DNA from: Rickettsiales bacterium
Lineage (GTDB): Bacteria; Pseudomonadota; Alphaproteobacteria; Rickettsiales; JABSSG01
Assembly (NCBI GenBank): GCA_013214525.1
Contig: JABSSG010000024.1
Coordinates: 44,754-108,753, forward strand
DNA length: 64,000 nt
Direction of reading: 5' to 3'
The position numbers and the translations under genes were made by a program. Under the pieces are notes generated by a model. The model was given only the letters and a program-made list of their open reading frames with translations, ran no database searches and was not told the DNA's origin. Within the stretch, counting starts at the first letter, position 1; each line of letters starts with the position of its first letter. Positions 39,644 through 50,252 of the stretch are shown piece by piece.

Positions 39644-40354
39644 ATGGCTTTCTTAAATTTTTTTAAAAAAAAGGAAGAAAATACTTCTACTGATTTGATA
39701 CAAAATACAAAAGGATGGTATGAAGACAGATATCAAACATTAGTTGTGCAAAGAAATCTATTTTTTCTAATAGCCTCTCTATGCATAATATTTATGAGTG
39801 TATCAGTAGTTTTATTAAGTGGCATAATCACAAAGAAAAAAATAGAGCCTATGGTGATAGAAGTCGAAGAATCAAGCGGTATAACAAGCATAGTAAACCC
39901 AAACTTAAAAAAAGATTGGTCGGCTAGTAAAGTAATAAATCAATATTTTATTACAACATATCTACGTAACAGAGAAACTTATAATATAGCGTCCTATCTA
40001 TATAATTACAATACAGTCGTACGGCTTTTATCATCATTTAAAGTATATAATCAATTTAAAAAAATTATAAATGACCCAACTCAAAGTTCTATTGCTAAAT
40101 ATGGATCCAGAAATTCTACTAAGCTAGAAATTAGATCAATCTTATTTCTTAAAGAGTCACCAGGTGGAGGAGGACAAACAGCTCAGATAAGATTTACTAT
40201 CATAGAAAATGAAGGTCAAAAAAGAAAAATAAACAAAATAGCATCAATTGTGTGGGATTATGTAGAAATGAACTTAAATTTTGAAGATACGATGGTCAAT
40301 CCATTAGGTTTTCAAGTACAATTTTATACAGTATCAAATGATGTCAATGCTTAA
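39644..40354 (+). CDS. virB8: Type IV secretion system protein VirB8
   Basis: 236 aa. N-terminal cytoplasmic stretch, one TM (LFFLIASLCIIFMSVSVVLL) and a periplasmic NTF2-like part (YLRNRETYN...). First gene of the B8-B9-B10-B11-D4 operon. Confidence 0.85.
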   Translation: MAFLNFFKKKEENTSTDLIQNTKGWYEDRYQTLVVQRNLFFLIASLCIIFMSVSVVLLSGIITKKKIEPMVIEVEESSGITSIVNPNLKKDWSASKVINQYFITTYLRNRETYNIASYLYNYNTVVRLLSSFKVYNQFKKIINDPTQSSIAKYGSRNSTKLEIRSILFLKESPGGGGQTAQIRFTIIENEGQKRKINKIASIVWDYVEMNLNFEDTMVNPLGFQVQFYTVSNDVNA

Positions 40355-40754
40355 AAAATTTTTGCTATATTTCTTATGTTTTCTCTTCTCTCACTATGCA
40401 CTAGCTGAGATACCTATAAATACTGATAAACGTATAAAAACATATGTTTATCATCCAAGTGACGTATACCTAGTAACAATTAGCCCAGGTTTTCAAACTA
40501 GTATTGAATTTGCACACGGAGAGCAAATTCAAACTATATCTGTTGGAGATTCTTTTTCATGGCTATTAAACCCGATGGGAAATAGATTATTCATAAAACC
40601 ACTTGAAAACAATGTACGCACAAACATGACCATAATTACAAATCTTAGAACTTATCAATTTGATATCTTATCTAGTTCTGAAAAAGAATATATGACAGAT
40701 ATAGCTTACGTTATAAGATTTTATTATCCAAGCAACAATACAAACCGGTATTGA
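40338..40754 (+). CDS. virB9: Type IV secretion system protein VirB9, short form (N-terminal domain only)
   Basis: 138 aa. Signal peptide, then DKRIKTYVYHPSDVYLVTISPGFQTSIEF..GE.I..ISVGDS.SW......NRLFIKP......TNMTIITNLRTYQFDI, which matches the VirB9/CagX N-domain. There is no C-terminal domain. Overlaps virB8 by 17 nt. Confidence 0.85.
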   Translation: MMSMLKKFLLYFLCFLFSHYALAEIPINTDKRIKTYVYHPSDVYLVTISPGFQTSIEFAHGEQIQTISVGDSFSWLLNPMGNRLFIKPLENNVRTNMTIITNLRTYQFDILSSSEKEYMTDIAYVIRFYYPSNNTNRY

Positions 40755-40755
40755 T

Positions 40756-42105
40756 ATGGCAAAAGATTCAAGTGAAAATCTATCACAAAATCCTCCTCAA
40801 GAAGAAGATATAGAATCAGCAGATGCTGATGTAGCACCAACAGGTACTAATGAAAGTGAAGATATTAATACAGAAAACAATAATTCTACATCTGCTGATA
40901 AAGAAGCTGATATTGATAAGCTTGAACACCCTCAAACACAAAAGTCAGCACAAAACAATCTTTCTTTAATTATCATAGCTCTAATTGTTGCAGTTGGAGC
41001 AGTAATTGCCTATTTCTGGATCACTGGCAAAAAAGATAAAACACCTACTCAAGATAAAGTACCATTTACAGAAAAAAAACCTGATACTGCTAGTAAACTA
41101 CCAGCACCTTTATTACAAAAATCCTCTCGAGTACCAAAAAATATAGTTGCAGTAACACCACCCAAACCCAAAACGCTTCCTAAGACTATCTCTAAGTCTC
41201 CACCTGCTCCTGCTGTACCAAAATTATTAGCACCAGATAAAATTACACACCCTAAAGACATTAATACTGATGAAAAAACACCATTTAGCAATAATAATAG
41301 ACGTAATACTAAAATAAAATCTTCGATTATGCTAAAAAACAGCAGTGATACTAATCAAACAAAAACTAATAAAAACAACATTGATTCAAGTAGTGCAGAC
41401 GGAGTTTTCAATCCTGAGGTTATAAAAGCTAAAACTGCAAAGCTAACTAAAATTGGCAATATGTCTACTACCATCACTCAAGGAAAAATGTTGGATGCTG
41501 TGTTAGAAACACCCATTAACACACTATACCCAGGACCAATCCGAGGCCTAATAAGTAGAGATGTTTTCTCAGAAAGAGGCAATAATATATTAATTCCAAA
41601 AGGATCAAAGATTATAGGTGCTCTTAAAGGAGGTTATACTGCAGGACAATCTCGTGTCGCTGTAAGCTGGACTAGGATAATTTTACCTAGCGGATATGAT
41701 ATAGCAATAACTGATGCACCAGGCGTTGGAAAACTAGGCATGATGGGAGTTGAAGGAGTTGTAAACAGACAATTTATGGAAACTATAGGCAGTGCCGCAC
41801 TACTCAGCCTCATAAATATAGCCACAGCAAATATAACAGAAGATGCATTTGATATAGATTCAAGAACGCAAACCTCTAGTACTAGTTCTAGTGGCACTAC
41901 TACCACTACAAATACTATAACTCCAACACAACAAGCTGCTGAAGATGCTGTTAATAATTTAAGCAGTATTACAAAAGACTGGTTAAGTAAAAACTTTCTT
42001 GCAACCCCATATATAGTAATAAATCAAGGAACTAGATTAAAAGTATTCGTAAATCAAGATATCAAATTTCCTAAAAATATCAATTCATCAATACTCGTAA
42101 AATGA
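40756..42105 (+). CDS. virB10: Type IV secretion system protein VirB10
   Basis: 449 aa. Acidic N-terminus, TM (LSLIIIALIVAVGAVIAYFWI), proline-rich linker (PPKPKTLPKTISKSPPAPAVPK) and a TrbI-type C-domain (GKMLDAVLETPINT..PGPIRG.ISRDV). Confidence 0.9.
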   Translation: MAKDSSENLSQNPPQEEDIESADADVAPTGTNESEDINTENNNSTSADKEADIDKLEHPQTQKSAQNNLSLIIIALIVAVGAVIAYFWITGKKDKTPTQDKVPFTEKKPDTASKLPAPLLQKSSRVPKNIVAVTPPKPKTLPKTISKSPPAPAVPKLLAPDKITHPKDINTDEKTPFSNNNRRNTKIKSSIMLKNSSDTNQTKTNKNNIDSSSADGVFNPEVIKAKTAKLTKIGNMSTTITQGKMLDAVLETPINTLYPGPIRGLISRDVFSERGNNILIPKGSKIIGALKGGYTAGQSRVAVSWTRIILPSGYDIAITDAPGVGKLGMMGVEGVVNRQFMETIGSAALLSLINIATANITEDAFDIDSRTQTSSTSSSGTTTTTNTITPTQQAAEDAVNNLSSITKDWLSKNFLATPYIVINQGTRLKVFVNQDIKFPKNINSSILVK

Positions 42106-43094
42106 CGAATGCAGCATTAGAGACTTTTTTACTACCTTTCCATAAGTTATTTGCTGAAAGTGATGTTTCAGAAATTTCTGTTAACTCCCCAGGAGAAGCA
42201 TGGGTAGAAGCACATGGAGAAATGAGGGTAGAAAAAATTCCTGAACTTGATCTCAATCATTTAACAAATTTAGGCAAACTTATCGCACAATCTACAGATC
42301 AAATGATCAGTGAAGAAAAACCTTTACTCTCTGCAACACTCCCAAACGGTTACCGTATTCAAGTTGTTTTTCCTCCAGCAGCAGAAATGGGCAAAGTGGT
42401 TTTATCAATCCGAAAAGGAGCCGTTACTAAACTTAATTTAGAAAGCTATGAAAAAATGGGAGCTTTTGCTAATACTACAAATGTTACAAAAAAAAATCCA
42501 ATTGATGATATTTTATTGAAGCATTTACAGAACGGAGAAATAAAACTATTTATCCGCACAGCTGTTAAATTTAAAAAAAATTTATTAATTAGTGGTGGAA
42601 CTTCCAGTGGTAAAACTACTTTTGCTAATGCCGCACTACTAGAGATCCCTAGTGATGAGAGGCTTATCACTGTAGAGGATGCTAGAGAAGTTCAGTTACC
42701 TAATAATAAAAATAGAGTACATTTACTAGCATCAAGAGGAGATCAAGGGTTAGCTCAAGTTACAACTCAGGACTTGATAGAAGCATGTTTGCGACTTAGA
42801 CCAGATAGAATTATAGTAGGAGAATTAAGAGGTGCAGAAGCTTTCGGTTTTTTAAGAGCTGTTAACACTGGCCATCCTGGTTCAATCACTACTATCCATG
42901 CTGATTCACCTGCAATGTCCTTCGAACAATTAAAATTAATGGTAATGCAAGCTGGCTTAGGTATGCCACCTGATGAGGTTAAATCATATGTAAGCTCAGT
43001 AATTGATATCGTAATACAACTAAAAAGAGGAGACAAAGGAGTTAGGTATGTGTCTGAAATATATTTTAAAGAAGATCCAAACAGAAAAAAATAG
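42102..43094 (+). CDS. virB11: Type IV secretion ATPase VirB11
   Basis: 330 aa. Walker A ISGGTSSGKTTF, RPDRIIVGELRG and TGHPGSITTIHA. ATGA overlap with virB10. Confidence 0.95.
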   Translation: MTNAALETFLLPFHKLFAESDVSEISVNSPGEAWVEAHGEMRVEKIPELDLNHLTNLGKLIAQSTDQMISEEKPLLSATLPNGYRIQVVFPPAAEMGKVVLSIRKGAVTKLNLESYEKMGAFANTTNVTKKNPIDDILLKHLQNGEIKLFIRTAVKFKKNLLISGGTSSGKTTFANAALLEIPSDERLITVEDAREVQLPNNKNRVHLLASRGDQGLAQVTTQDLIEACLRLRPDRIIVGELRGAEAFGFLRAVNTGHPGSITTIHADSPAMSFEQLKLMVMQAGLGMPPDEVKSYVSSVIDIVIQLKRGDKGVRYVSEIYFKEDPNRKK

Positions 43095-43106
43095 TTACTT
43101 ATCTAC

Positions 43107-44921
43107 ATGAAAATTAAAAATATAACTTCCAGATTATTAATTATCTTAACAGGTTTTGCTTCTGCTATCATTTTATCATCTATATTATTTATTTATCTAA
43201 CCTACGGTCCACAATACATACAGTTAACAAATTTTGGTTCAGAATACTTAGCTCGCAACTACGAGATGTTTGTATTCTTATGGCAACAAATTATATATTA
43301 CATTAACTGGATGATCCAAAATAAAACTTTAGTTTCTTTTAGTGCCAACTCTTATTTAGCTGCAAAAGTCTTTGGAGTACCAAGTTTAGTATTTTCAATA
43401 TTTGGAATAATTCTTATTGCAAAATATGAAAATCTAATGGAATGGACACCTTTTAAGAAAAAAGAGAAAATTTATGGAGATGCAAAATGGGCTTCCCAAG
43501 AAGATGTAAAACGAGCAAAATTACGAGCAAAAACAGGTTTGCTTTTAGGAAAAGATAACAAAGGAAATTATGTTTCTAGTGGATATCAGCATGCCTTACT
43601 TTTTGCACCTACCGGTTCTGGAAAAGGTGTAGGTTTTGTTATCCCTAATTTATTATTTTGGGAAGACTCTTGTTTAGTGCATGATATTAAACTTGAAAAT
43701 TTCGAATTAACCAGCGGATGGCGAACAAAAGGCTTAGGACAACAATGCTTTTTATGGAATCCTACCGATCCAGATGGAAAAACACATTGCTATAATCCCA
43801 TGGATTGGATTAGTACAAAACCTGGACAAATGGTGGATGACGTACAAAAAATGGCCAATCTACTTTTACAAAAAGCAACAGACTTCTGGGAAAGTGAAGC
43901 AAGAAGCTTATTTGTAGGAATAGCTTTATATCTATGTGCTGTGCCTGAAAAAATAAAATCTTTTGGTGAAGTTGTTAGAACAATAAGAAGCGATGACGTC
44001 GCTTATAATTTAGCAGTTGTTTTAGACACAGTAGGCAAACAAATTCATCCAGTAGCTTATATGAACCTTGCTGCATTTTTACAAAAAGCAGATAAAGAAA
44101 GATCTGGTGTGATATCTACTTTAAGCTCCGCATTAGAATTATGGGCAAACCCATTAGTGGATGCAGCAACAGCTAAAAGTGACTTCAATATGCAAGAATT
44201 GAAAAAGAAAAGAATGACTATTTATGTTGGTCTTACTCCAGATAACATAACAAGATTAAAAAAATTGATGCAGGTGTTTTATCAACAAGCAACAGATTTC
44301 CTAACAAGAAAAATTCCTGATGATAAAGAAGAACCATATGGTGTTTTATTTATTATGGATGAGTTCCCTACCTTAGGAAAAATGGAAGCCTTTAAATCTG
44401 GTATCGCATATTTCAGAGGATATAAAGTAAGACTATTTCTAATAGTTCAAGATACACAGCAACTAAAAGGTATTTACGAAGAATCTGGCATGAATTCTTT
44501 CTTATCAAACTCTTATTATCGAATAACTTTTGCTGCTAATAATATGGACACTGCTAATTTAATTTCCAAACTTTGTGGAAATAAAACTGTAGAATCTATA
44601 TCTGAAACCAGACCTAAATTTTTAGATTTTAGTCCTGGAGGAAAATCACAAAATGTTTCTAAAACTTCAAGAGCATTATTATTACCTCAGGAAGTATTGA
44701 CACTTTCAAGAGATGAACAAATCGTATTGATTGAATCATTCCCACCTATCAAATCTAAAAAAATAAAATATTATCAAGATAGTTTTTTCACTGAAAAACT
44801 ATTGCCACATATTGAAGTACCTCGCCAAAAACCATATAACCCTGATGACCTTGCAGAACCTGCAGACGAAAACTCTGAAGGCACTGAAGAAACAGAAGAA
44901 GAACTAGAAACAGAAGAATAA
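43107..44921 (+). CDS. virD4: Type IV coupling protein VirD4
   Basis: 604 aa. Two N-terminal TM helices, Walker A FAPTGSGKGVG, Walker B-like LFIMDEFPTLG and an acidic C-terminal tail. Confidence 0.95.
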   Translation: MKIKNITSRLLIILTGFASAIILSSILFIYLTYGPQYIQLTNFGSEYLARNYEMFVFLWQQIIYYINWMIQNKTLVSFSANSYLAAKVFGVPSLVFSIFGIILIAKYENLMEWTPFKKKEKIYGDAKWASQEDVKRAKLRAKTGLLLGKDNKGNYVSSGYQHALLFAPTGSGKGVGFVIPNLLFWEDSCLVHDIKLENFELTSGWRTKGLGQQCFLWNPTDPDGKTHCYNPMDWISTKPGQMVDDVQKMANLLLQKATDFWESEARSLFVGIALYLCAVPEKIKSFGEVVRTIRSDDVAYNLAVVLDTVGKQIHPVAYMNLAAFLQKADKERSGVISTLSSALELWANPLVDAATAKSDFNMQELKKKRMTIYVGLTPDNITRLKKLMQVFYQQATDFLTRKIPDDKEEPYGVLFIMDEFPTLGKMEAFKSGIAYFRGYKVRLFLIVQDTQQLKGIYEESGMNSFLSNSYYRITFAANNMDTANLISKLCGNKTVESISETRPKFLDFSPGGKSQNVSKTSRALLLPQEVLTLSRDEQIVLIESFPPIKSKKIKYYQDSFFTEKLLPHIEVPRQKPYNPDDLAEPADENSEGTEETEEELETEE

Positions 44922-44998
44922 ATTAAATCACCACTACTCTATTTATAATTGCAAACAATTGCCCTTTTTGTTATAAAAAACTACTTACAAATAATCTT

Positions 44999-45955
44999 AT
45001 GACTAAATTAAAAAACATTATCCTTTGTTGCAAAAAAAATGTTAAAAAGCTTACTTATAAAGACTTTTTAGTATTTTCTGTACTATATTTAGGAGTGGTA
45101 GCACCTATGTTGTTCACATGGTTATCACTTGAATTCTCTATGTTGTTGACATTTATATGGATTGGTATTATTTGGCTTGTTGTGCCTCGGACACTACAAA
45201 ATTTTTATCCTACAATAAAAATTCAAGAAGCATCATTATTTGATCTGACTGATATTAACAAGCCTCAATCTAAGATTGCCACACTACAACTGATCATATT
45301 TGGGCTGTTTATAGGTTTTAGTGATATCACACTAAAATCAACATTAAAATTAGGTATATTTACACTCCTGTTGCCTATAGCAGGTCTTATTTTATTTTGG
45401 ATGTCCAACATAACTATAAAATTTATTATAAATTGTGAAAAAAAATCTGCTAATAATGCCACTATGAATAGCAACGGTAAACTTCAGCTAAGTAAAATGG
45501 CTATCGAAGCTGTAAATTTTTGTTATAATTTGCTATTAATCTTATTTTTTTTATTATTGCCTTTGTTTTTTATTGAACATGATTCCATTAAAAATTTTTT
45601 AATGGTTGCATGGGGCTTAATGGCATTAGTTACTTTTGCATCTCAAAAGTTTTTTGCTCATTTCTGGAGTGGACTTATAATTTTTATTAATAGACCATTT
45701 TGGATTGGTGACAGGATAACAATATCTAACCCTGACCCTCAAAAATATAAAGAATTCACGACAGGAATAGTAAAAGACATTTCTTGGCAAATGACTAAAA
45801 TTAAATTTGGCAATATTGATATTTCTTTAACAAATTCAGTTGTTACCAAAATGGCAATAGCTAACTATAAGAATGAGCAAGCTATAACAGAAACACAAAA
45901 AGATGTAGCTCAAAAATCTGAAAGCCCTAAAGAACTTGAAACTATAGCTGATTAA
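44999..45955 (+). CDS. MscS-like small-conductance mechanosensitive channel family protein, short form
   Basis: 318 aa, multi-TM. Pore-helix/beta-domain signature FWSGLIIFINRPFWIGDRITIS...GIVKDISWQMTKIKFGNIDISLTNSVVTKMAIANYKNE. Almost no C-terminal alpha/beta domain. Confidence 0.75.
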   Translation: MTKLKNIILCCKKNVKKLTYKDFLVFSVLYLGVVAPMLFTWLSLEFSMLLTFIWIGIIWLVVPRTLQNFYPTIKIQEASLFDLTDINKPQSKIATLQLIIFGLFIGFSDITLKSTLKLGIFTLLLPIAGLILFWMSNITIKFIINCEKKSANNATMNSNGKLQLSKMAIEAVNFCYNLLLILFFLLLPLFFIEHDSIKNFLMVAWGLMALVTFASQKFFAHFWSGLIIFINRPFWIGDRITISNPDPQKYKEFTTGIVKDISWQMTKIKFGNIDISLTNSVVTKMAIANYKNEQAITETQKDVAQKSESPKELETIAD

Positions 45956-45963
45956 GCCTTGAT

Positions 45964-46239
45964 TTATTTGTTCATTTTTTCTCGTTCTCTTCTCTGTTCT
46001 TCTTCACCTACTACTTTAAAATGAGTAGGTTCACGATTTTTAAATCTCATTTTTGAAAAACTAAAACCAAAATAAGGAGCAATTAATCTTGCTAAAAGTC
46101 CTATAATAATAAATATCAAAAGAAATTTTAGTAATAAGAACGCTATAAAAATAAACAATCCAACTACTAATACAAACTTAATTATCTCACTAAGTGAATA
46201 TCGCTTTAAAAAATTTATTATATTATTAAATATTCTCAT
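45964..46239 (-). CDS. Small hypothetical membrane protein with charged C-terminus
   Basis: 91 aa, two hydrophobic helices, tail EEEQRREREKMNK. No homology recognised. Confidence 0.35.
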   Translation of the reverse strand: MRIFNNIINFLKRYSLSEIIKFVLVVGLFIFIAFLLLKFLLIFIIIGLLARLIAPYFGFSFSKMRFKNREPTHFKVVGEEEQRREREKMNK

Positions 46240-46356
46240 GCTTTATGTATCTTAATCATTGCTAATACTATAATAACAATCACTTATATGCGAGAAAAAT
46301 TAGCAGTAGATTATTAAAATTTTCATGCTACTTTTAGTGGAAATCTAAAAAAATAT

Positions 46357-48819
46357 ATGGGAGATCTTTTAACACAAAGCTTAGTACTTGCTGTCTTGCT
46401 TTTATTTTTAGTAATTGGGTTTTTATACAAACAAAGACCTAAAACTATTACAGAATACGCGTTAGGAAGTAAAAATATTAATACAGCAACTTTAACTGCA
46501 ACTATGGTAGCAACATGTATAGGTGGTGGAAGCCTGATAGGTGCTTCATCTTCATTATATCAATATGGAATATGGATGCTTTTAGCCTTAATTATTTTGC
46601 CACTTAAAAACTGCATTACAGCATTAGTAATATTGCCTCGATGGTCAAAATATTATGGATGCTCTTCCATAGCAGAAGTAATGGAACGCATGTATGGAAA
46701 ATATGTAAGAATTGTAGTCGGCATTGCTGCATTTATATTTTGTATTGGATCACTAGGAGCACAAATTAAATCATTACATTGGGTAATGGAACATGTATTT
46801 AAAGAAAATTCATTTATTGTAACAATAATTGCTTTATTTATTATTTTAGCATATGCCAGCATTGGTGGAGTTTCTTCAGTTATTAAAACTGATGTTATGC
46901 AATGGGCTATCCTTATAATTATTATCCCAGCAATAGCTTATTACTTGATTGATATGTCTGGTGGAATTACTACCATAGTAACAAACTTACCTAAAAATAA
47001 ACTTAGTCTTTCCTCTCAAGGAAAAGATTTTGCATTAACTTCATTTATATTATGGCACGCAATTTCATCTCTTAACCCACTTATTATTCACAGATTTTTA
47101 GTTGGTAGAAATACAAAAAAAAATCAAATCACAATGTATTTGCTTGCGATTACCAGCTTAATTAATCTAATTTTTATTGCTTGCATAGCATTTATTGCTG
47201 TTGCAAAATTCCCTAATATTGCCCCAAAAGAAACGATATTTGCGGTTATACAGGGGTTTACCAATACTAAATACGTAATGACTGCTTTTGTTATTGCACT
47301 GATTGCCGCAATTACCTCTACTGCTGATTCTGTAGTTAATACTGGATCTATCATTTTAATTAATGATATTTCAACTCAAGAAATCACCGAAAAACAAAAA
47401 ATTAAATTATTACAAATCTCAACTATTATTTTGGGAATCGCATCTATAATCATTGCTTTTGCATTCTCGGATATTTTAGAGATATTATGGTTTTTTGGAC
47501 AATATTACTCAATTATTGTAGCTATACCATTAATTGCAGGACTTTTTTTAAAAGAGTTACGCAAAGAAGCATTTTGGTCAAGTATCTCTGCTGGTTTAGT
47601 AGTGTCTACTGTATTACATCTTATAAATCCTAATTTAGGTCATACTGCATTTGTAATTGCTGTTATTGTCAGCCTATGTGTTTATTTTATTACATTCTTT
47701 ATTGTTAGAGACAACAAATTGTCTCAACAAAATTTTTCTTTAGCTAAAATAGCTACAGCAATAAACAAACAAGTGTCTTTTAAAACAAATCTCCTCCCTT
47801 ATATAACCCTAGCTTCATATTTTTATACTACAATTATTAAAATAGAATATGGATCTGAACCAATAATAGCAATTGATACTGTATTAGCTTTAGGCATTTT
47901 AGGGTTTTGTTTATTTTTTGAAGATTCGGTATCCAAGAAATATAAAGGCTTTTTTATTTTAAGCATCTTGTGGTATTGCTTTGCTTTCTTCCCCATATAT
48001 TTCTTCTTAACTAAACCAATGATAATTTTTGTAATAATCAATCTAATTTTATCATTGATAACATTAGCATGGCTAATTAATTGGCATATATTTATTACAT
48101 TTTTACTATCAGGCACTATTATTGCTATTTCTACATTTTGTATATTACACAATGAAATCGTAACTTTAAAAATTGCCAAAATAATATATTTAGGATTATT
48201 TATTAGCTGTATTGGAATAACAGCGTATATATTTGCCAAAAAGGGAGAAAGTATAAGTCAAATAAATTCACCACGTAAAATATTAAGAAAATTTACAAAG
48301 TCACTAACTGCAGGTATAGAATATCAAACTATTTTACTTAAGGGAAATAAACCAATTGAAATTTCACTTGAAGACTTTAAAAACAATGTAACCAAATATT
48401 TTTATAGATTGCTTATTCAAAGAAATGTGAAATTAAAATTCCAAAGCAACCATAAAGTTTTTAATACAATACTACCTCTAGGAAACTTTTATAAAATAAT
48501 ATATAGCACCATTTTTAATATTTTATACTTTATCGAAAATGACAAAATTTTAGTTAAATTTTACTGTAATAAGAATAGTATTTCTAAGATAGAAATTTGG
48601 TGCAATCAGTATGAAATGCAAACCGCACTTAAAAATCCTCAACATGGTAAGATTAAATATTACAAGGAAATTCTTCAATGGAGAGATATACCAAAATTTC
48701 TTGGTACCGAAAAAATAAAACTTCAAATGAATACTGACAAACTGATAATGCATTTCCAATCACCCATAGAAAATAATTTCAAAGGTTCTTCTATCTCTGA
48801 AGGAAGGAAAGTTATCTAA
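46357..48819 (+). CDS. SSS-domain membrane protein with second TM block and degenerate kinase-like C-terminus (putative pseudokinase sensor)
   Basis: 820 aa. Same architecture as 56027..58783. In the C-terminal ~190 aa I find no H-box His and no DxGxG or GxGxG boxes. Only an N-box-like remnant (IIYSTIFNILYFIEND) aligns with VIDNLLENAITYS. Confidence 0.8.
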   Translation: MGDLLTQSLVLAVLLLFLVIGFLYKQRPKTITEYALGSKNINTATLTATMVATCIGGGSLIGASSSLYQYGIWMLLALIILPLKNCITALVILPRWSKYYGCSSIAEVMERMYGKYVRIVVGIAAFIFCIGSLGAQIKSLHWVMEHVFKENSFIVTIIALFIILAYASIGGVSSVIKTDVMQWAILIIIIPAIAYYLIDMSGGITTIVTNLPKNKLSLSSQGKDFALTSFILWHAISSLNPLIIHRFLVGRNTKKNQITMYLLAITSLINLIFIACIAFIAVAKFPNIAPKETIFAVIQGFTNTKYVMTAFVIALIAAITSTADSVVNTGSIILINDISTQEITEKQKIKLLQISTIILGIASIIIAFAFSDILEILWFFGQYYSIIVAIPLIAGLFLKELRKEAFWSSISAGLVVSTVLHLINPNLGHTAFVIAVIVSLCVYFITFFIVRDNKLSQQNFSLAKIATAINKQVSFKTNLLPYITLASYFYTTIIKIEYGSEPIIAIDTVLALGILGFCLFFEDSVSKKYKGFFILSILWYCFAFFPIYFFLTKPMIIFVIINLILSLITLAWLINWHIFITFLLSGTIIAISTFCILHNEIVTLKIAKIIYLGLFISCIGITAYIFAKKGESISQINSPRKILRKFTKSLTAGIEYQTILLKGNKPIEISLEDFKNNVTKYFYRLLIQRNVKLKFQSNHKVFNTILPLGNFYKIIYSTIFNILYFIENDKILVKFYCNKNSISKIEIWCNQYEMQTALKNPQHGKIKYYKEILQWRDIPKFLGTEKIKLQMNTDKLIMHFQSPIENNFKGSSISEGRKVI

Positions 48820-48836
48820 AGAACTAGTAAAATCAC

Positions 48837-50252
48837 CTATCCACGTAAAAATTCTGGTACATTATAAGCCCATTCTGTAATGCTACCTGCACCTAAAAAT
48901 AATACCATATCACCATCGTTACAAAACTTCTTTATTAAATCAGGCAATTTATCATGTGCTGGTAGTGATTGTATCTGCTTATCAGGATATGATTGTTTTA
49001 TTGCTTCAACTAATGACTCTTTAGATATCCCTTCAATAGGATCTTCACTTGCAGCATAAATATCTGCAATGTAAAGGATATCAGCATCTTTAAAACAATG
49101 AATAAAATCATCAAATAAATTACGTGTCCTTGAATATCTATGTGGTTGAAAAATTGCAAACACCTTTCCTTTACTATCTGAAACCATTTGCTTTGCAGAA
49201 GATAATGTTGCCTCAATTTCACGTGGGTGATGTGCGTAATCATCTATAAATCTAACTCCATTTACTTCACCAGTTAAAGTAAATCTCCTTTTAACATTAT
49301 CAAATTGTGCAAATGCATCTTTCAAAACTTCAAGATTTAGATGAAGACGTGCAGCTACAGAAGCAGCCGCCAAAGAATTTTGTATACTATGTACTCCTGG
49401 AACATTAAGTTCAATATCTTTTATTCTTATACCGCCAAATTTTGTCCCTAAACAAATATCAAATATATGACCTCGTTTTGATTTTTTTATATTATCTGCA
49501 AATACATCTGCTTTTGCATTTTTTACACTATAAGTAATAATTTCTCTGCTCGTAATTTTCTTACTTAATTCATACAACTCTTTATTATCTATACATAAAA
49601 CACCAAAACCATAAAATGGTACTCCTTCTATAAAACGACGAAAGGCTTCTTTTAAGTTATCATAACTTTTATAAAAATCCATATGCTCTCTATCTATGTT
49701 AGTAGCAACAGCAATAGTTGAAGGTAGCCTTATAAAAGTTCCATCTGACTCATCTGCTTCAACTACTACAAAACTACCCATGCCAAGATAAGCATTTGTT
49801 TTTTTATGATTAATAATCCCCCCCACTATAACAGTAGGGTCTAATCCTGCTTTTTCTAGTAAAGAAGCAATAAATGAAGTTGTTGTGGTTTTTCCATGGG
49901 TTCCAGAAACTGAAATAGCAACTTTTCCAGTCATTAATGAAGCAAGAAGCTCTGCTCTTGTCACAATAGGAATATTATTTTTAATACAATACTGAATCTC
50001 ATAATTATCATCCTTGATGGCTGAAGATTTAATCAAAAATGAAATATCACTTAAATCAGAATTTTTATGGTCATAAAAAACTTTAATACCACTCTCTTCT
50101 AATTTTTTTGTAATGGCATTATTTGTAATGTCAGTTCCTTGTACATTATAGCCTAGTTTAAACATAATCTCTGCTAACCCGCTCATGCCTATACCACCTA
50201 TACCGCTAAAATGTAAATTTGCGTTTGGAGTAAGTTTATTTAAATGAATCAT
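48837..50252 (-). CDS. murC: UDP-N-acetylmuramate--L-alanine ligase
   Basis: 471 aa. HFSGIGGIGMSGLAEI, GTHGKTTTTS and DDYAHHP. Confidence 0.95.
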   Translation of the reverse strand: MIHLNKLTPNANLHFSGIGGIGMSGLAEIMFKLGYNVQGTDITNNAITKKLEESGIKVFYDHKNSDLSDISFLIKSSAIKDDNYEIQYCIKNNIPIVTRAELLASLMTGKVAISVSGTHGKTTTTSFIASLLEKAGLDPTVIVGGIINHKKTNAYLGMGSFVVVEADESDGTFIRLPSTIAVATNIDREHMDFYKSYDNLKEAFRRFIEGVPFYGFGVLCIDNKELYELSKKITSREIITYSVKNAKADVFADNIKKSKRGHIFDICLGTKFGGIRIKDIELNVPGVHSIQNSLAAASVAARLHLNLEVLKDAFAQFDNVKRRFTLTGEVNGVRFIDDYAHHPREIEATLSSAKQMVSDSKGKVFAIFQPHRYSRTRNLFDDFIHCFKDADILYIADIYAASEDPIEGISKESLVEAIKQSYPDKQIQSLPAHDKLPDLIKKFCNDGDMVLFLGAGSITEWAYNVPEFLRG

